A stretch of 63,889 bases of DNA, filler included, from Phoronis australis (lineage: Eukaryota > Animalia > Phoronida), in NCBI GenBank assembly GCA_002633005.1. It is 3 parts of 3 records of this genome, joined end to end, with 100 filler letters (N's around TTAATTAATTAA, not from the genome) between each part and the next. Parts side by side here need not be neighbours in the genome. Positions count along the whole stretch, not along the records: positions 1 to 11,465 come from NMRA01001149.1; positions 11,566 to 42,100 come from NMRA01000333.1; 1 more part is not named here. One strand, written 5' to 3'. This document shows positions 1 through 11,950 of this stretch, in pieces. How positions within the stretch are numbered: position 1 is the stretch's first letter; each line of letters starts with the position of its first letter. The translations under genes were made by a program, and so were the position numbers. Under the pieces are notes generated by a model. That model had not been told where the DNA came from and searched no databases. It saw only the letters and a list, made by a program, of their open reading frames with translations.

Positions 1-57
1 CTGGCGGTCATCAGTCTGTATTCATGCAGGGAAGAGGACATTTTCGAGGACAATCTC

Positions 58-279
58 GTGGACATTCTCGCGGAAACTCTCGCGGACATTCTTGAGGATA
101 TTCTCACGGAAACTAAGCAATGGTTTAGCTGTCATGGAATCCCAGAGAAGCTCACTAGTGACAATGGGCCACCGTTCAACGGGTTTGAATGGAAAGCCTT
201 TGCGACAAACTATGGTTTTGTCCATAACCTCATTTCACCCACACATAGCCAGGCAAATGGTAGATTCAACAGGTATTGA
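58..279 (+). pseudogene. Gypsy/Ty3-like LTR retrotransposon integrase (rve core) fragment
   Basis: Translation WFSCHGIPEKLTSDNGPPFNGFEWKAFATNYGFVHNLISPTHSQANG matches the retroviral integrase core pattern (G.P..I.SDNG..F...F....G..H..S..P.HPQSNG). It breaks off before the catalytic Glu. Confidence 0.85.
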
Positions 280-490
280 AGTAAGTTGTTAAATCTGAGT
301 AGTTTCTTCAGATTGCTTTTGTTGGGAGACATCACTCGTTTCTTACCCCTTTTGCTTTGTATAAGTGAGACATGATTTTTTTCTCTCTTCTAGTCATGTT
401 TAGCACACTGCTGATAACACGTTTAGCCTACGTAGTGACATTTATTTTTTGATCACACCAGTACATTGTTTTTTTCTGTAGAAGAAAAGG

Positions 491-692
491 TGTTATGTAT
501 AGCGCCACCCGGCGTCAAATACAGTAGTATCTAACATGGACACGAGTTGTCTCTTGTCTCTTCAGTTTCGGCCTTTCCTGCGTTTATGACAAAGGTGAAT
601 AAATACGGTCTTGTTCAATCGACCAAACCCCACAGTTTTCCCTGATCATTGGGGTTGTGACGTCATCTAGTTTAGTGGGAATGTTCACAACA
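491..692 (+). mobile_element. 3' LTR of the Gypsy remnant, with a polypurine tract at 480-490
   Basis: Purine run AGAAGAAAAGG immediately precedes TGTT(491)...AACA(692) inverted termini. There is an internal AATAAA at 598-603, and it lies just downstream of the integrase fragment. Confidence 0.65.
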
Positions 693-1127
693 TGATCAGA
701 AAACTCATCGGATCGGCGTCAGATCATTGACTTTAACATTAATTAATCTGAGACTTGATCTTCATTATTTTGCTCACCATTTCATAATGTTTGACTTGTT
801 TTACAAGTCTTTCTTTCCTGATGGTAGGCATGTGTGTAAAACATTGGGCAGCATGCATGCTGTGTTGGGCAGTTTGTCACGCTGAAAGTCAGTCTGCTTC
901 AAGTTCTTTGCAGACTTGCACAACTTGCAGATCCATAGGTGCTGTTAATTGATCCAATAATTATGGCTTATGAATTTTTTGTCAAAATCCGCTGATTGTT
1001 AAAAGTGCCTATCTTTAGTGTAGAAAATACCAAGACAATGAACGTGCTCAAACTAGCTTGTATAGCAACACGAGATGTTTAAAGAACAAATCCGTGTCTG
1101 GAATTTTAACTTCTTTTTTATTTGCAG

Positions 1128-1184
1128 GAAAAATACTGTGTCAGAATTGTTGTGAGGAAGCCTGGTTCCAAGTCAGAGGATGAT
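1128..1184 (+). CDS. Exon of CD34/podocalyxin-like gene (EKYCVRIVVRKPGSKSEDD)
   Basis: Polypyrimidine tttgcag acceptor and gtaagg donor, 57 nt, phase 0/0, in frame with the 3286 exon. Duplicated at 1330-1386 across a single N. Confidence 0.65.
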
Positions 1185-4100
1185 GTAAGGATTTTTTCTT
1201 TGTTTGCCCGATGNCTTTAGTGTAGAAAATACCAAGACAATGAACGTGCTCAAACTAGCTTGTATAGCAACACGAGATGTTTAAAGAACAAATCCGTGTC
1301 TGGAATTTTAACTTCTTTTTTATTTGCAGGAAAAATACTGTGTCAGAATTGTTGTGAGGAAGCCTGGTTCCAAGTCAGAGGATGATGTAAGGATTTTTTC
1401 TTTGTTTGCCCGATGTTGGCTAATGTTCATTATTTCTGGATTAGTTAAAATGCTGAATAAAAGACTTTACCCTTGCCAGCCCTCGAAAGTTTGAAACGCG
1501 CTTTAATGTCCATTTTCAAAGACGAAAAGGATTGCTGATATTGATGCTTTTCAAGTATAAATGCTTGCTACATTGCTGCATCAGTATGCCAAATTTTTGT
1601 CAAATGTGTGGTGACAGCTAAACAGTGCTAATCATGCCAACTACAAGGTAAACTTTTCTTGTAATTTTTAATCTTGTTGATAAAATGGTCAAAATGAACT
1701 TGTATTTATTGCACAATACACTTCAATATGCTAAACCAAAAGACGTCTGTATTATTGGGAGCAATGTTGTTTGAGCTTGGTGTGAAAATTTAAATAAGGT
1801 TCACTCAGAAAGTTTATGATATTGGCTGAGAATAAATAATATTGGCCAAGCATAAATAATATAGGCCTTTCTTAATAGTATTGGCTTATCTTAAATAGTA
1901 TTGGCCCATCTTAAGTAATATTGACCAGGCTTGAGTAATATTGGCCTAGCTTAAGTAATGTTGTTCTACCTTAAGTAATATATTGGCCTACCTTGAGTAA
2001 TATTGGCCTATCTTTAGTAATATTGACCTATCAATATTGGCCTATCTTATGTAGTATTGGCCTAACTTAAGTAATATTGATCGATCTTAAATGATATTGG
2101 CCTATCTTAAATAATATAGGCCTATCTTAATAGTATTGGCTTATCTTAAATAGTATTGGCCCATCTTAAGTAATATTGACCAGGTTTGAGTAATATTGGC
2201 CTAGCTTAAGTAATGTTGTTCTACCTTAAATAATATTGGTCTACCTTGAATAATATTGGCCTATCTTTAGTAATATTGACCTATCAATATTGGCCTATCT
2301 TATGTAGTATTGGCCTAACTTAAGTAATATTGATCGATCTTAAATGATATTGGCCTATCTTAAATAATATAGGTCTATCTTAATAGTATTGGCTTATCTT
2401 AAATAGTATTGGCCCATCTTAAGTAATATTGACCAGGTTTGAGTAATATTGGCCTAGCTTAAGTAATGTTGTTCTACCTTAAATAATATTGGTCTACCTT
2501 TAGTAATACTGACCTATCTTTAGTAATATTGACCTATCAATATTGGCCTATCTTATGTAATATTGGCCTAACTTAAGTAATATTGATCCATCTTAAATGA
2601 TATTGGCCTATCTTAAATAATATTGGCCTATCTTAAATAATATTGGCTGTCTTAAATAATTTTGGCCTACCTTAAATGATATTGGCTTAGCTTAAAATAA
2701 ACTTGTGTACTTTAAGCTAATGGTACTCAGTAAGGTTTATTCAAGCTTGGTGAATTAGGTGTCCATGCTCTTCCTAGACCATTAAAGCCTAACTTCAACG
2801 GAAATTTGTTATTATAGATGTATTGGGCTAACCAGAAAGTCCTAGCAAAGCCTTCGTAAAATAAGAAAACGCGAGTTCAATCACGCAAATGTTAGCCCGT
2901 CAAATGATAAGTGAAGCTGCCATTTCTGGCCCTGTTGCGGCACCGTGAGATCCCAGCACAAACAACAAAAGGCTGTATTGAATAGGTGCCTGAATAGAAC
3001 ACCAATGCGTGCGGTTGTTATTCGTAGCTGTTTGAATTAAAAAGTGATTATCGTGGTGAAGGTAAGACAAAAGCAAGCTAATGCGCCTGACAGTTCGTTA
3101 CATTTGGCAATTTATGGCACTAGCGGGCTCAGAGGGATGCTCTTAACATACTGTAGGAACCCAATTTACATGTGTTACCGTTGAAGATTGGCTTTAAACA
3201 GAATTTCCAGCTGGGAGTGTATCTATAAATTTAGTGTCTTTTTTTCATCATAATTACTTAAACTTATGATTGTGTTTATTAACAGATGGTGAAGATGATA
3301 AATCACCTACAGTGGGTACTCAACTTGCTGTACTCCCAATTCCGGAAAGAGGGGAGATTCCGACGAGCGGCTGACATTAGTGATGACATAGAGATATTGA
3401 TGCTGCCATCTTCTCCTAAAAAGCTGCCAGATGGGTCTCTAGAGATGAACTTTGTGGCTAAGAATAAAACGACCAATGGTAGTATTTTTAACCTTTCCAG
3501 CTAATATGCTAAGTTTGCAATTAATTATTTTCAAAAGGTGATTTTACACATTTTATTCAATCTTCTAAAATCTGTGTGCCTTTTTTAAAAGTCTTGTTTT
3601 TTATGGAGATATACATATTTTCCAAAAACGTGTATTCTTTCCTCCACACTTCCAAATTAGGTTTCTTTATTCCATTAGAAGCATGTCTGCGATTATGTCT
3701 TTCTAGCAATACGCCAATGACAATGTGCCTGCACCATTTGTTTATCTGGCTCATTCGACTGCTGCAGCACCTCCTTGTGGCCCTAAGAAACTTATCGTAC
3801 ACGATGCACCGTGTGTGGTTGTGAGCGCCCCCTGGTTGCTCTTGTTAAAAAGTGGATGGGGTTTACGTGGAAACCTCATTATGTATGACCGCAGTTGAAT
3901 GAGTACCCATAATGCACGTGTCTGCTGTCACTCTCTACGGCCACCATTTAGGTGGTGGTGCACCATCAAAAATAAAAACTTAACCAAACATTCAAATTAA
4001 ATTCTGCAGTAAAGTTTGAAAACATTTGGAGTTGTGTTGAACAAGTTTAATTTGGACTCAAGTTTGTCTGAACTAACTGTTAGTTAAAATTTGTTTCGTG

Positions 4101-7100
4101 AAGTTTTTGACTAAAATACAGCAGAATGATTGTCCTTAATGAATATTGTAACTAATATGTCTTTGAAGTAATGAGATGTTTTGACTGGAATTTTGGAACT
4201 TTGGTGCACTCAAGAATGATGACTGTTACAAATAGTCTTGCTTAAGTTACTGGTGACTGTTTATCATGTTGAAAAAAATTGGAATGAAATTAAGTCCTGC
4301 ACTGTCTTCATTCCTCCAGCTGAAAACCTTGATCAGTTAGGCCACAGTGTTTGACACTATTTATGATCAGTGAGCTTGGTAGTTCTAATACCTATATCCA
4401 CCATCACAGCCCTGGTGGTGTGAAAAGGCAAGATAGTGTTCTGTTGAGTTGTAATAAAAGATTTATTTATCCAGAAATTATCCCTAAAGAGGAGCTGATG
4501 AAGATAACTAAAAGATCCTGAATTTAAGAAGGTGTTTGAAAAAGTGAGTTATTTACGTTACATGGTGATGGTAATCTTTCATACGCACAAAATTCTTAAA
4601 GTTAACAAATTATAAATCCTCAGCAGGAGTCAGTCTGCCCTTTTGGGCGAAATTCACGAGTTCCAGAAGTTCTGTATCTACATTTTCTTGCGTTATTTCC
4701 GGTTAAATACATATTTAGGTAGGCGCGTCTTTTTGTGAAATTGCCAATATCCAGAATTGGTGTCTTAGCATGAAACACCCACTAGGATGTCATCTGACGC
4801 TGCTGAAGGGCTTGCAATTGAATTTTCGTTTGGCACCCGAAAGTGCTCAAATCAAACCAACTTTAAGACGTCCCGTCTCTTTTAAGTTAAATCTCCTCAC
4901 AGGCAACACTTACTATATTATAAGTTATTGTAGCTCAGCTAAGTCCTGTGTTCCTTAAACATGTCATTGTGTAAATCATCCTTCAGTTTAGAATTTCCTC
5001 ATATGTTTTTCAACAAAAGTAAGAATGAAAGAAAGGCTTCATTGTCACCAAGATTTGTAGCCGGTAGCTGTCACCATAAAACAGGTGCTGACAGCTTGTA
5101 TTGATGTAGTTTGAAAATAATATGTGCTCCTCCTGGACTGTCTTATTGCGCAGATGTCCTGTGTAGTAAATCAGATGACTCTTAAGCCCGGGTCCATGTG
5201 CCTGCTTTTATCTATAGGAAGGTTATGAGTTGGTGTCATATGGCCCTGATCCCGGACTGGGTAAACCGACGCCTGACGCGACCACTGGTGATGACGATGA
5301 GACGGTATTTGAGGCACACATGGGTCTGTGGATCGCAATGATGGTTATAGCTGCCATCTGTATCATCATCATTATCCTCGGCATAATCTACATGTGCTGT
5401 CGTCAGCAACGATATGGTTTCTGGACACCCCGCAAAGGAAAGGTAACTGGCAATTAGTCGTTCAGGTTATGTAAGACCCAAGAAAAATTCCCAAGTTTGT
5501 GTAACATCATATCTCAGACGTAGCTGGTTGGGTTCAAATAAAACTCAGGTGCTGTATTTCATGCAATGTTTTACAAAATGCTTTTGGGGACTGTTTTTGA
5601 AATAATCCACTTTTGCTCGAGGAGTAAACAAATAGGACATGCATGATTTTTATGAAGAAACTCGTCTTGTGCAAAATGAAAATGAAACAATTTAGAAAAG
5701 TGCAACTGCTTTTTTGAGATTTTATCTTGAACATTTATATTGCACGAAATTTGTTCATTTTATTGGCGCTCGTTTTGCTGTGAATGAACCATTCCTTTTA
5801 CAATTTTTTTTCAATAATGCGTGGTCACACGACCTAATTAGTGGCAGATAAGTATGAAGTCAAAAACCTCAATTCTACAAATTTTCTTCTTTTAGAAAAT
5901 ATGTCCATTTTCTGAGTTACGTTCTGTAGTATTGTTGATATATGGTCAAATGCACAGGCTTGTCAATATGATCTCACATGACCTCAATGTACCTCTTGAT
6001 CAACAATGCTTGTAACATTTATCTGGCTTGATGAATTGCTACATTCTGTTATTTAACTAACCCCAGACATGTCGCTAAGGACTTATTTTTTAATAGATCA
6101 CTTGAAATGTTGATTTTTAAACAAAAAACAGACTTTGTTTTATTTAACTCCTCGGTAACTCTGAAACAATATGTTATCTGGAAATTAAGCCTAAAGACAA
6201 TTAGCATGGCCATATATTTTAGAATATTGTAGTTTTTCACTTGGACGTAAAAATTTTACCAAACGCAACAATTTCCAGTTTCCCAAATTTTTTTGAAAGT
6301 TCTTGTTTTTTTCCAATTCTCTGGCTAAATGCAGTGATGGAAAATATCGGGTATATGTTTCTGTAGCTGTTACTGAATAATGAAGTAGAATTTGGATTTT
6401 TGATAATGATTCGCCTCTGCGGTACTTTCTATGATCTCTAAGAAACTTACTGACTATTTTGAAAAAATACTCTGGCACATCACCGTAGACAAATTCATAT
6501 AATTTTTGTCCAAAGCATTTATGTGATACACAATTATTTTAACAGAATACTGTTGAAAGTCACTATTAAACATGGGTCTTGCATTTTGAGAACCAGTTTT
6601 CTCCACTGAATAACGGGCGTCAAACTAGTTCTCAAAATCCGAGATCCCTGTAGGGACTTTTCATGCTTCACGTGTTAAGACTGTGATAGAATATAATTTA
6701 AAAAGTTTTATCCTCGTTGCAAAGGTAGCATTTTCTCTAATTACCGGTGATTTCTGATCTTGGTAAGAACTGGGAATGGGTTCCTAGTTATGCACTGAAC
6801 ATGATCCCAAGTAATAATGATCTGTCTTTTATAATTATTTCCACAAATTGATTCTCATCTGAGTAATGAACAAGTTGAGACCATTTTTGTAACGACTGGT
6901 GTAGTAAGTCAAAACTTGGTTTCTTTGTTCACCAAAAGGGGTTGATAGTTTTAATTAGGGGATAATCAAAACTACTTCTTACTCCCGACATAGCAATTTT
7001 CTTGTCACAAACCAAACCTTGATTCTGTCTGGTGTTTTATATCTCTGCCTCCGCTCATNGCGCCCATCATTGCGCACTTCAAACGACCGCGTGTGGTTTA

Positions 7101-9852
7101 AAATTGACACGCAGATTATATGGTGTGTGTCCTTTTACACAACTTCAGTTTTCAAAAACGTCTTTTCACAATATGTAAAAACCAAATCCCGGCTTTGTTT
7201 TATACCTCGGAAAGAAAGTTAACACTAGTGACGTGCATGTCGTTTTGCGACTGACCTATTTTTCCCGTACTTGGAAGGTATTGAAGAGCAAACTCGCGAT
7301 TACCCGAGTTAGTTTGAATCGTTATTGACTTTGATGAAGGCCAGTAGCAGACCAGATCTAACAAAATCCCTGATACTTTTTCAACGGGCATTTTCTCCCT
7401 TTTCACATTGCAAATTTAGCTATTCGAATGCACAAGTCAGTTAGAGAGCACTGATTCAACTTTCACGGCGGCAACTTGCCTTGCGCTCTAGAGACTTTCA
7501 ATGGCGGTGGTGAAGAACAGTAAGGCCGTACCTGCATGAATGAAGTCAATTTTGAGATCCGAAATTTCTGAGTATTTAACGCTGCAGGTAAGAGCATAAT
7601 CTAAACATTTTCTCGATGATCTAAAAAATCTATTTTGGCGCGTAAAAATGGCAGGAAAATTTTGCGACCTGGCATTTACGAATGCGAGCTGGATTTTGAA
7701 AATGCGATCTGGGATTTTGGGTAGGTCGCAAAATGCGACCTGGCGATTTTAATAGCGTTGAGCCCTGGGCAATTAGTCCTTTAGGTTATGTAAGACCCAA
7801 GAAAAATGTCCCAAGTTTGTCTAACATCGTATCTCAGACGTAGCTGGTTGGGTTCAAATAAAACTCTCAGGTGCTGTATTTTATGCACTGTTTTACAAAA
7901 TGCTTTTGGGGACTGTTTTTGAAATAATCCACTTTTGCTCGAGGAGTAAACAAATAGGACATGCATGATTTTTATGAAGAAACTCGTCTTGTGCAAAATG
8001 AAAACGAAACAATTTAGAAAAGTGCAACTGCTTTTTTGAGATTTTATCTTGAACATTTATGTTGCACGAAATTTGTTCACTTTATTGGCGCTCGTTTTGC
8101 TGTGAATGAACCTTTCCTTTTACAATTTTTTTCAATAATGCGTGGTCACACAACCTAATTAGTGGCAGATAAGTATGAAGTCAAAAACCTCAATTTTACA
8201 AATTTTCTTCTTTTAGAAAATATGTCCATTTTCTGAGTTGCGTTCTGTAGTATTGTTGATATTTGGTCAAATGCACAGGCTTGTCAATATGGCCTTACAT
8301 GACCTCAATGTACCTCTTGATCAACAATGCTTGTAACGTTTGTCTGGCTTGATGAATTGCTACATTCTGTTATTTAACTAACCCCAGTCATGTCGCTAAG
8401 GACTAATTTTTTAATAGATCACTTGAAATGTTGATTTTTAAACAAAAAACAGACTTTGTTTTATTAAACTCCTTGTTAACTTTGAAACAATATGTTATCT
8501 GGAAATTAAGCCTAAAGATAATTAACATGGCCATATATTTTAGAACATTGTAGTTTTTCACTTGGATGTAAAAATTTTACCGAACGCAACAACTTCCAGT
8601 TTCCCAAATTTTTTGAAAGTTCTTGTTTTTTACAATTCTCAGGCTAAATGCAGTGATGGAAAATACAGAATATTGTTGAAAGTCACTAACATGGGTCTTA
8701 CATTTTGAGAACCAGTTTTATCCACTGAATAACGGGCGTCATACTAGTTCTCAAAATCCAAGATCCCTGTAGGGACTTTTCATGTTTCACGTGTTAAGAC
8801 TGTGATAAAATATAATTTACAAAGTTTTATCCTCGTTGCAAACGTAGCATTTTCTCTAATTACCGGTGATTTCTGATCTTGGTAAGAAGTGGGAATGGGT
8901 TATTCCTAGTTATGCACTGAACATGATCCCAAGTAATAATGATCTGTCTTTTATAATTATTTCCACAAATTGATTCTCATCTGAGTAATGAACAAGTTGA
9001 GACCAGTTTTGTGACGACTGGTGTAGTAAGTCAAAACTTGGTTTCTTTGTTCACCAAAAGGGGTTGATAGTTTTAATTAGGGTATAATCAAAACTACTTC
9101 TTACTCCGGACATAGCAATTTTCTTGTCACAAACCAAACCTTGATTCTGTCTGGTGTTTTATATCTCTGCCTCCGCTCATTTTGTTCTGGTCTCATAGGG
9201 GCTAGTGAATGATCCTGAGAGGGGTGAGAACGGTCAGGGCAACCCTATTCCTGATGATGAAATTGTAAAAGATGAACAACCCATGTTAGAGAAGGAGGTG
9301 CCTAATGGCAATGGCGTGCCAATCACAAAGCTGGATGAAGAGAATGGTAGGTGGGACTTGTCAATCATCCAGAATTAGTTGTTTGATTGACAGGCGTCGC
9401 CTTAATTTGTTTTGTCTATCATGTGAAATGTCCTTTGGCATTGTTAGCAGATAAACTGGTTCTTCCTGATTTCCCTGAATATGTATTAGTTTACTTACAC
9501 AGTATGGTAGTGCTGTTAAGGAAGAAGTTAGATTAGTGTGATTAACATTGCACTTCGAAGACTCATTCTCTGATGTTGGTTACTCTAGTCCATGCAACTG
9601 GTTTAAAAATGATCACCTTTTTATCGTATTTATTTACGATGGACACAGTGGGCGCACATGAACACTGCTATCCATGGTGTTGTCAAGTGGTGTGGGCGTC
9701 AGTTCAACTTAGCACTTTTTAGAGCTTTTCTTTGGTAAATGATTCCGTTATTTAATCTTATTGATGTAACGTTTGCAGGTTGGGTGGTGCCTATCGAGGA
9801 GTTGTCGCCCGAAGAGAAGGAGAAACCAGAAGTGGAGGACACGAGACTGTAA
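1128..9852 (+). CDS. CD34/podocalyxin-like type I transmembrane protein, 5'-partial, spliced
   Basis: GT-AG exons 1128-1184 (copy at 1330-1386), 3286-3478, 4475-4543 (one extra base), 5218-5442, 9199-9346 and 9779-9852 join with matching phases. TM segment GLWIAMMVIAAICIIIIILGIIYMCC. Tail RQQRYGFWTPRKGKGLVNDPERGENGQGNP...EENGWVVPIEELSPEEKEKPEVEDTRL*. The family call rests on recalled motif similarity. Confidence 0.75.
1815..2695. repeat. AT-rich minisatellite, about 20-21 bp unit (AATATTGGCCTATCTTAAAT-like), with a higher-order period of about 253-255 bp
   Basis: Units recur directly. The variant ATAATATAGG recurs at 1856, 2111 and 2364. Confidence 0.9.
3286..3478 (+). CDS. Exon of CD34/podocalyxin-like gene (ectodomain, contains RFRR)
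   Basis: ttaacag acceptor, open frame MVKMINHLQW...NFVAKNKTTN, donor GT at 3479. Confidence 0.7.
4475..4543 (+). CDS. Exon of CD34/podocalyxin-like gene with an apparent +1 frameshift
   Basis: atccag acceptor and gtgagt donor. Reads EIIPKEELMK, then KDPEFKKVFEK if one A near 4506-4513 is removed. Confidence 0.6.
5218..5442 (+). CDS. Transmembrane exon of CD34/podocalyxin-like gene
   Basis: ctatag acceptor, a hydrophobic stretch of about 25 aa followed by CCRQQR, donor gtaact, phase 0/0. Confidence 0.85.
7060..7767. mobile_element. Right part of a non-autonomous DNA transposon (terminus ...GCGTTGAGCCCTG), present in only one copy of the intron
   Basis: The terminus reverse-complements to CAGGGCTC, resembling the CAGGGCTT terminus at 16655. 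The intron sequence resumes exactly at GGCAATTAG (equivalent to 5449). Confidence 0.55.
9199..9346 (+). CDS. Cytoplasmic exon of CD34/podocalyxin-like gene
   Basis: ctcatag acceptor, GLVNDPERGENGQGNPIPDDEIVKDEQPMLEKEVPNGNGVPITKLDEEN, donor gtaggt. Confidence 0.8.
9779..9852 (+). CDS. Terminal exon of CD34/podocalyxin-like gene, ending in DTRL
   Basis: tttgcag acceptor, GWVVPIEELSPEEKEKPEVEDTRL then TAA at 9850-9852, followed by a long AT-rich putative 3' UTR. Confidence 0.8.
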
Positions 9853-11465
9853 CTATGGTGACAAATTTGTGTCTTGGTGAATTTTGTTACGAGTTTGCAA
9901 GTCATGTGAACACGATTTTGTAAAGTTATGTGTATATAATATGCATGTCTTTGTTGAGTGTGTCTAAGTTGGTCTCTTCGATAGAGGAACGTACTGTGAA
10001 ATCTCATCAGATTAAGAGACAGGAAGGTAGACAAAGGAATTTTATATTCACATTTTCTCATAAATGGTAATAAACAGCAAAGTACTGATTTGCCATTTTC
10101 AAGTTCTGTATTGTGGGTACTGTCAGGTACTGTTTTGAAAAGTTACGGCATTGATTGGAACTGGCAGCCATCTTTGTCCGAAATTTGTGAGATTTCACAG
10201 TATATTTGAATAATACAGCATCTGTATACAAATATGGAGCACCATGCTACTTTTGTATGTTGCAGTCATGTTGACTACTGTGTCAAACATGTTACATGTA
10301 TGACATAGGATAAAAATCACTATTAGACTTTTTAATGCTGGTGTTTGTTTTTTGATGGACTTCGTCTTGGGTTCATAACAAAAAGTATAGTCGCATCTGT
10401 GAAACAAGAGGATGTGTTTTATGAAGTGTCCAGTCACCAGGCGCAGTGTGTCCTGTTTCTGTGGAGAACGTAGGAGGATACTTGTCACCCTTTTTGTCAT
10501 GTGATTTTAGGTCAACTTTAAACTCATTGTTATTGTGCAGATCTGCGTCACCGTTTTTGACATTTTCAATTCAAGGTGTTAAGTTTACGCATAATATGTA
10601 CATCCTCTGTGCCAAAGATCCTTTATTCGCTTTATCAAAGTGCAATTAAACAGAACGTGCCAAACATTGAAGTTGTGATTTTAATCCATAACGTCTCAAA
10701 TGTATGATAATATTTACCATGTTATTTTTTGTTTTACTTGTTTGTCAACGAAATACGAGATTGTAGTTACCAGTCGTTGTGACCTGATAGTTTGTATTTT
10801 TAGGATATCTTGCAATAGGCATTTCTATTTAGTAGTCTGATGACCAATTGTTATTTTGTCTAACACATGCGCCACCTATCTGTGGTGAAAACAGACCATC
10901 CACTGCTGCCCGTACTGGTTGTAGAAGTCTGTCAAAAATTTTTTCCACCACGCAGGACTGTTCAGTTTACACAATTTAATGTTTCACATTTTAGCCCACA
11001 TCTTGACAGACTACTGCCAAGTTTTTTCATTTCATACAGTTTCTTAACAATACGATGTGGCAGTTATTCTCATGTATAGCACGCAATATGGCGGAGATGA
11101 GAAATTCTGTTTTAAAATACATAATACATGTATCTCGCAAGAAAGATTAATAATATTTTAGTCCATTGTTAGCTTGGTGTGTAGTGTGTGGAAGTCATGT
11201 AACAGCATTTGGCAAGTTTCCATTTATTTTATGCAAGAAAGACAAATGTCAATTTTGGCAATTATTTTTGTGCGAAATAAGGTAAGAATTACTTTAACTG
11301 TTTTAAATCGTAATTATCATCTCAAAGTGGCCACTGTTTGAAAAAGGGAAAATGGTAACTATTTCGTGTGAAACACTGTCTCGTTTTTCAGTCCATCCAC
11401 GTGGCAATAATTTAGGCAAATATGTCACACTCAACTGTAATTAGTTTTAGCGTTGTAAACATGTT

Positions 11466-11565
11466 NNNNNNNNNNNNNNNNNNNNNNNNNNNNNNNNNNN
11501 NNNNNNNNNTTAATTAATTAANNNNNNNNNNNNNNNNNNNNNNNNNNNNNNNNNNNNNNNNNNNN
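11466..11565. other. Assembly gap with an artificial TTAATTAATTAA linker (also at 42101-42200)
   Basis: The same 12-mer is centred in two 100-base N blocks. Confidence 0.95.
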
Positions 11566-11950
11566 TATTGTATTCATGAATATCCATGCCCATATCCCTT
11601 ATTGTATTCATGAATACCCGTGCACATATCCCCTATTGTATTCATGAATATCCATGCACATATTCCTTATTGTATTCATGAATACCCGTGCATATATCCC
11701 TTATTGTATTCATGAATATCCATGTGCATATCCCATATTGTATTCATGAATATCCGTGCACATATCCCATATTGTATTCATGAATACCCGTGCACATATC
11801 CCCTATTGTATTCATGAATATCCATGCACATATCCCTTATTGTATTCATGAATACCCGTGCACATATCCCTTATTGTATTCATGAATATCCGTGCACATA
11901 TCCCTTATTGTATTCATGAATACCTGTGCACATTTCCCCTATTGTATTCT
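11566..11950. repeat. 34-bp tandem minisatellite (ATTGTATTCATGAATACCCGTGCACATATCCCTT)
   Basis: About 11 head-to-tail units abutting the gap. Each contains the palindrome TATTCATGAATA. Confidence 0.95.

Noticed and set aside
1013-1414. Duplicated 57-nt exon, suggesting mutually exclusive exons
   Set aside because: Identical 200-bp copies are joined at a single N (1214), an assembly overlap.
5449-9180. Duplication of a 1.4-1.6 kb intronic segment
   Set aside because: It is broken at a single N (7059) with allele-level divergence, so I treat it as two haplotypes. Only the TE polymorphism is kept as a finding.
9699-11079. Short ORFs downstream of or antisense to the CD34-like terminal exon
   Set aside because: No motifs or splice support. 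The region is best read as 3' UTR.
11510-11521. TTAATTAATTAA palindrome inside N-runs (also about 42145-42156)
   Set aside because: Artificial scaffolding linker with stops in all frames, not biological.
11566-11950. CRISPR-like array (34-bp units with an internal palindrome)
   Set aside because: Head-to-tail repeats with no unique spacers, no cas genes and a eukaryotic context. The same applies to the 33-, 71- and 120-bp arrays.
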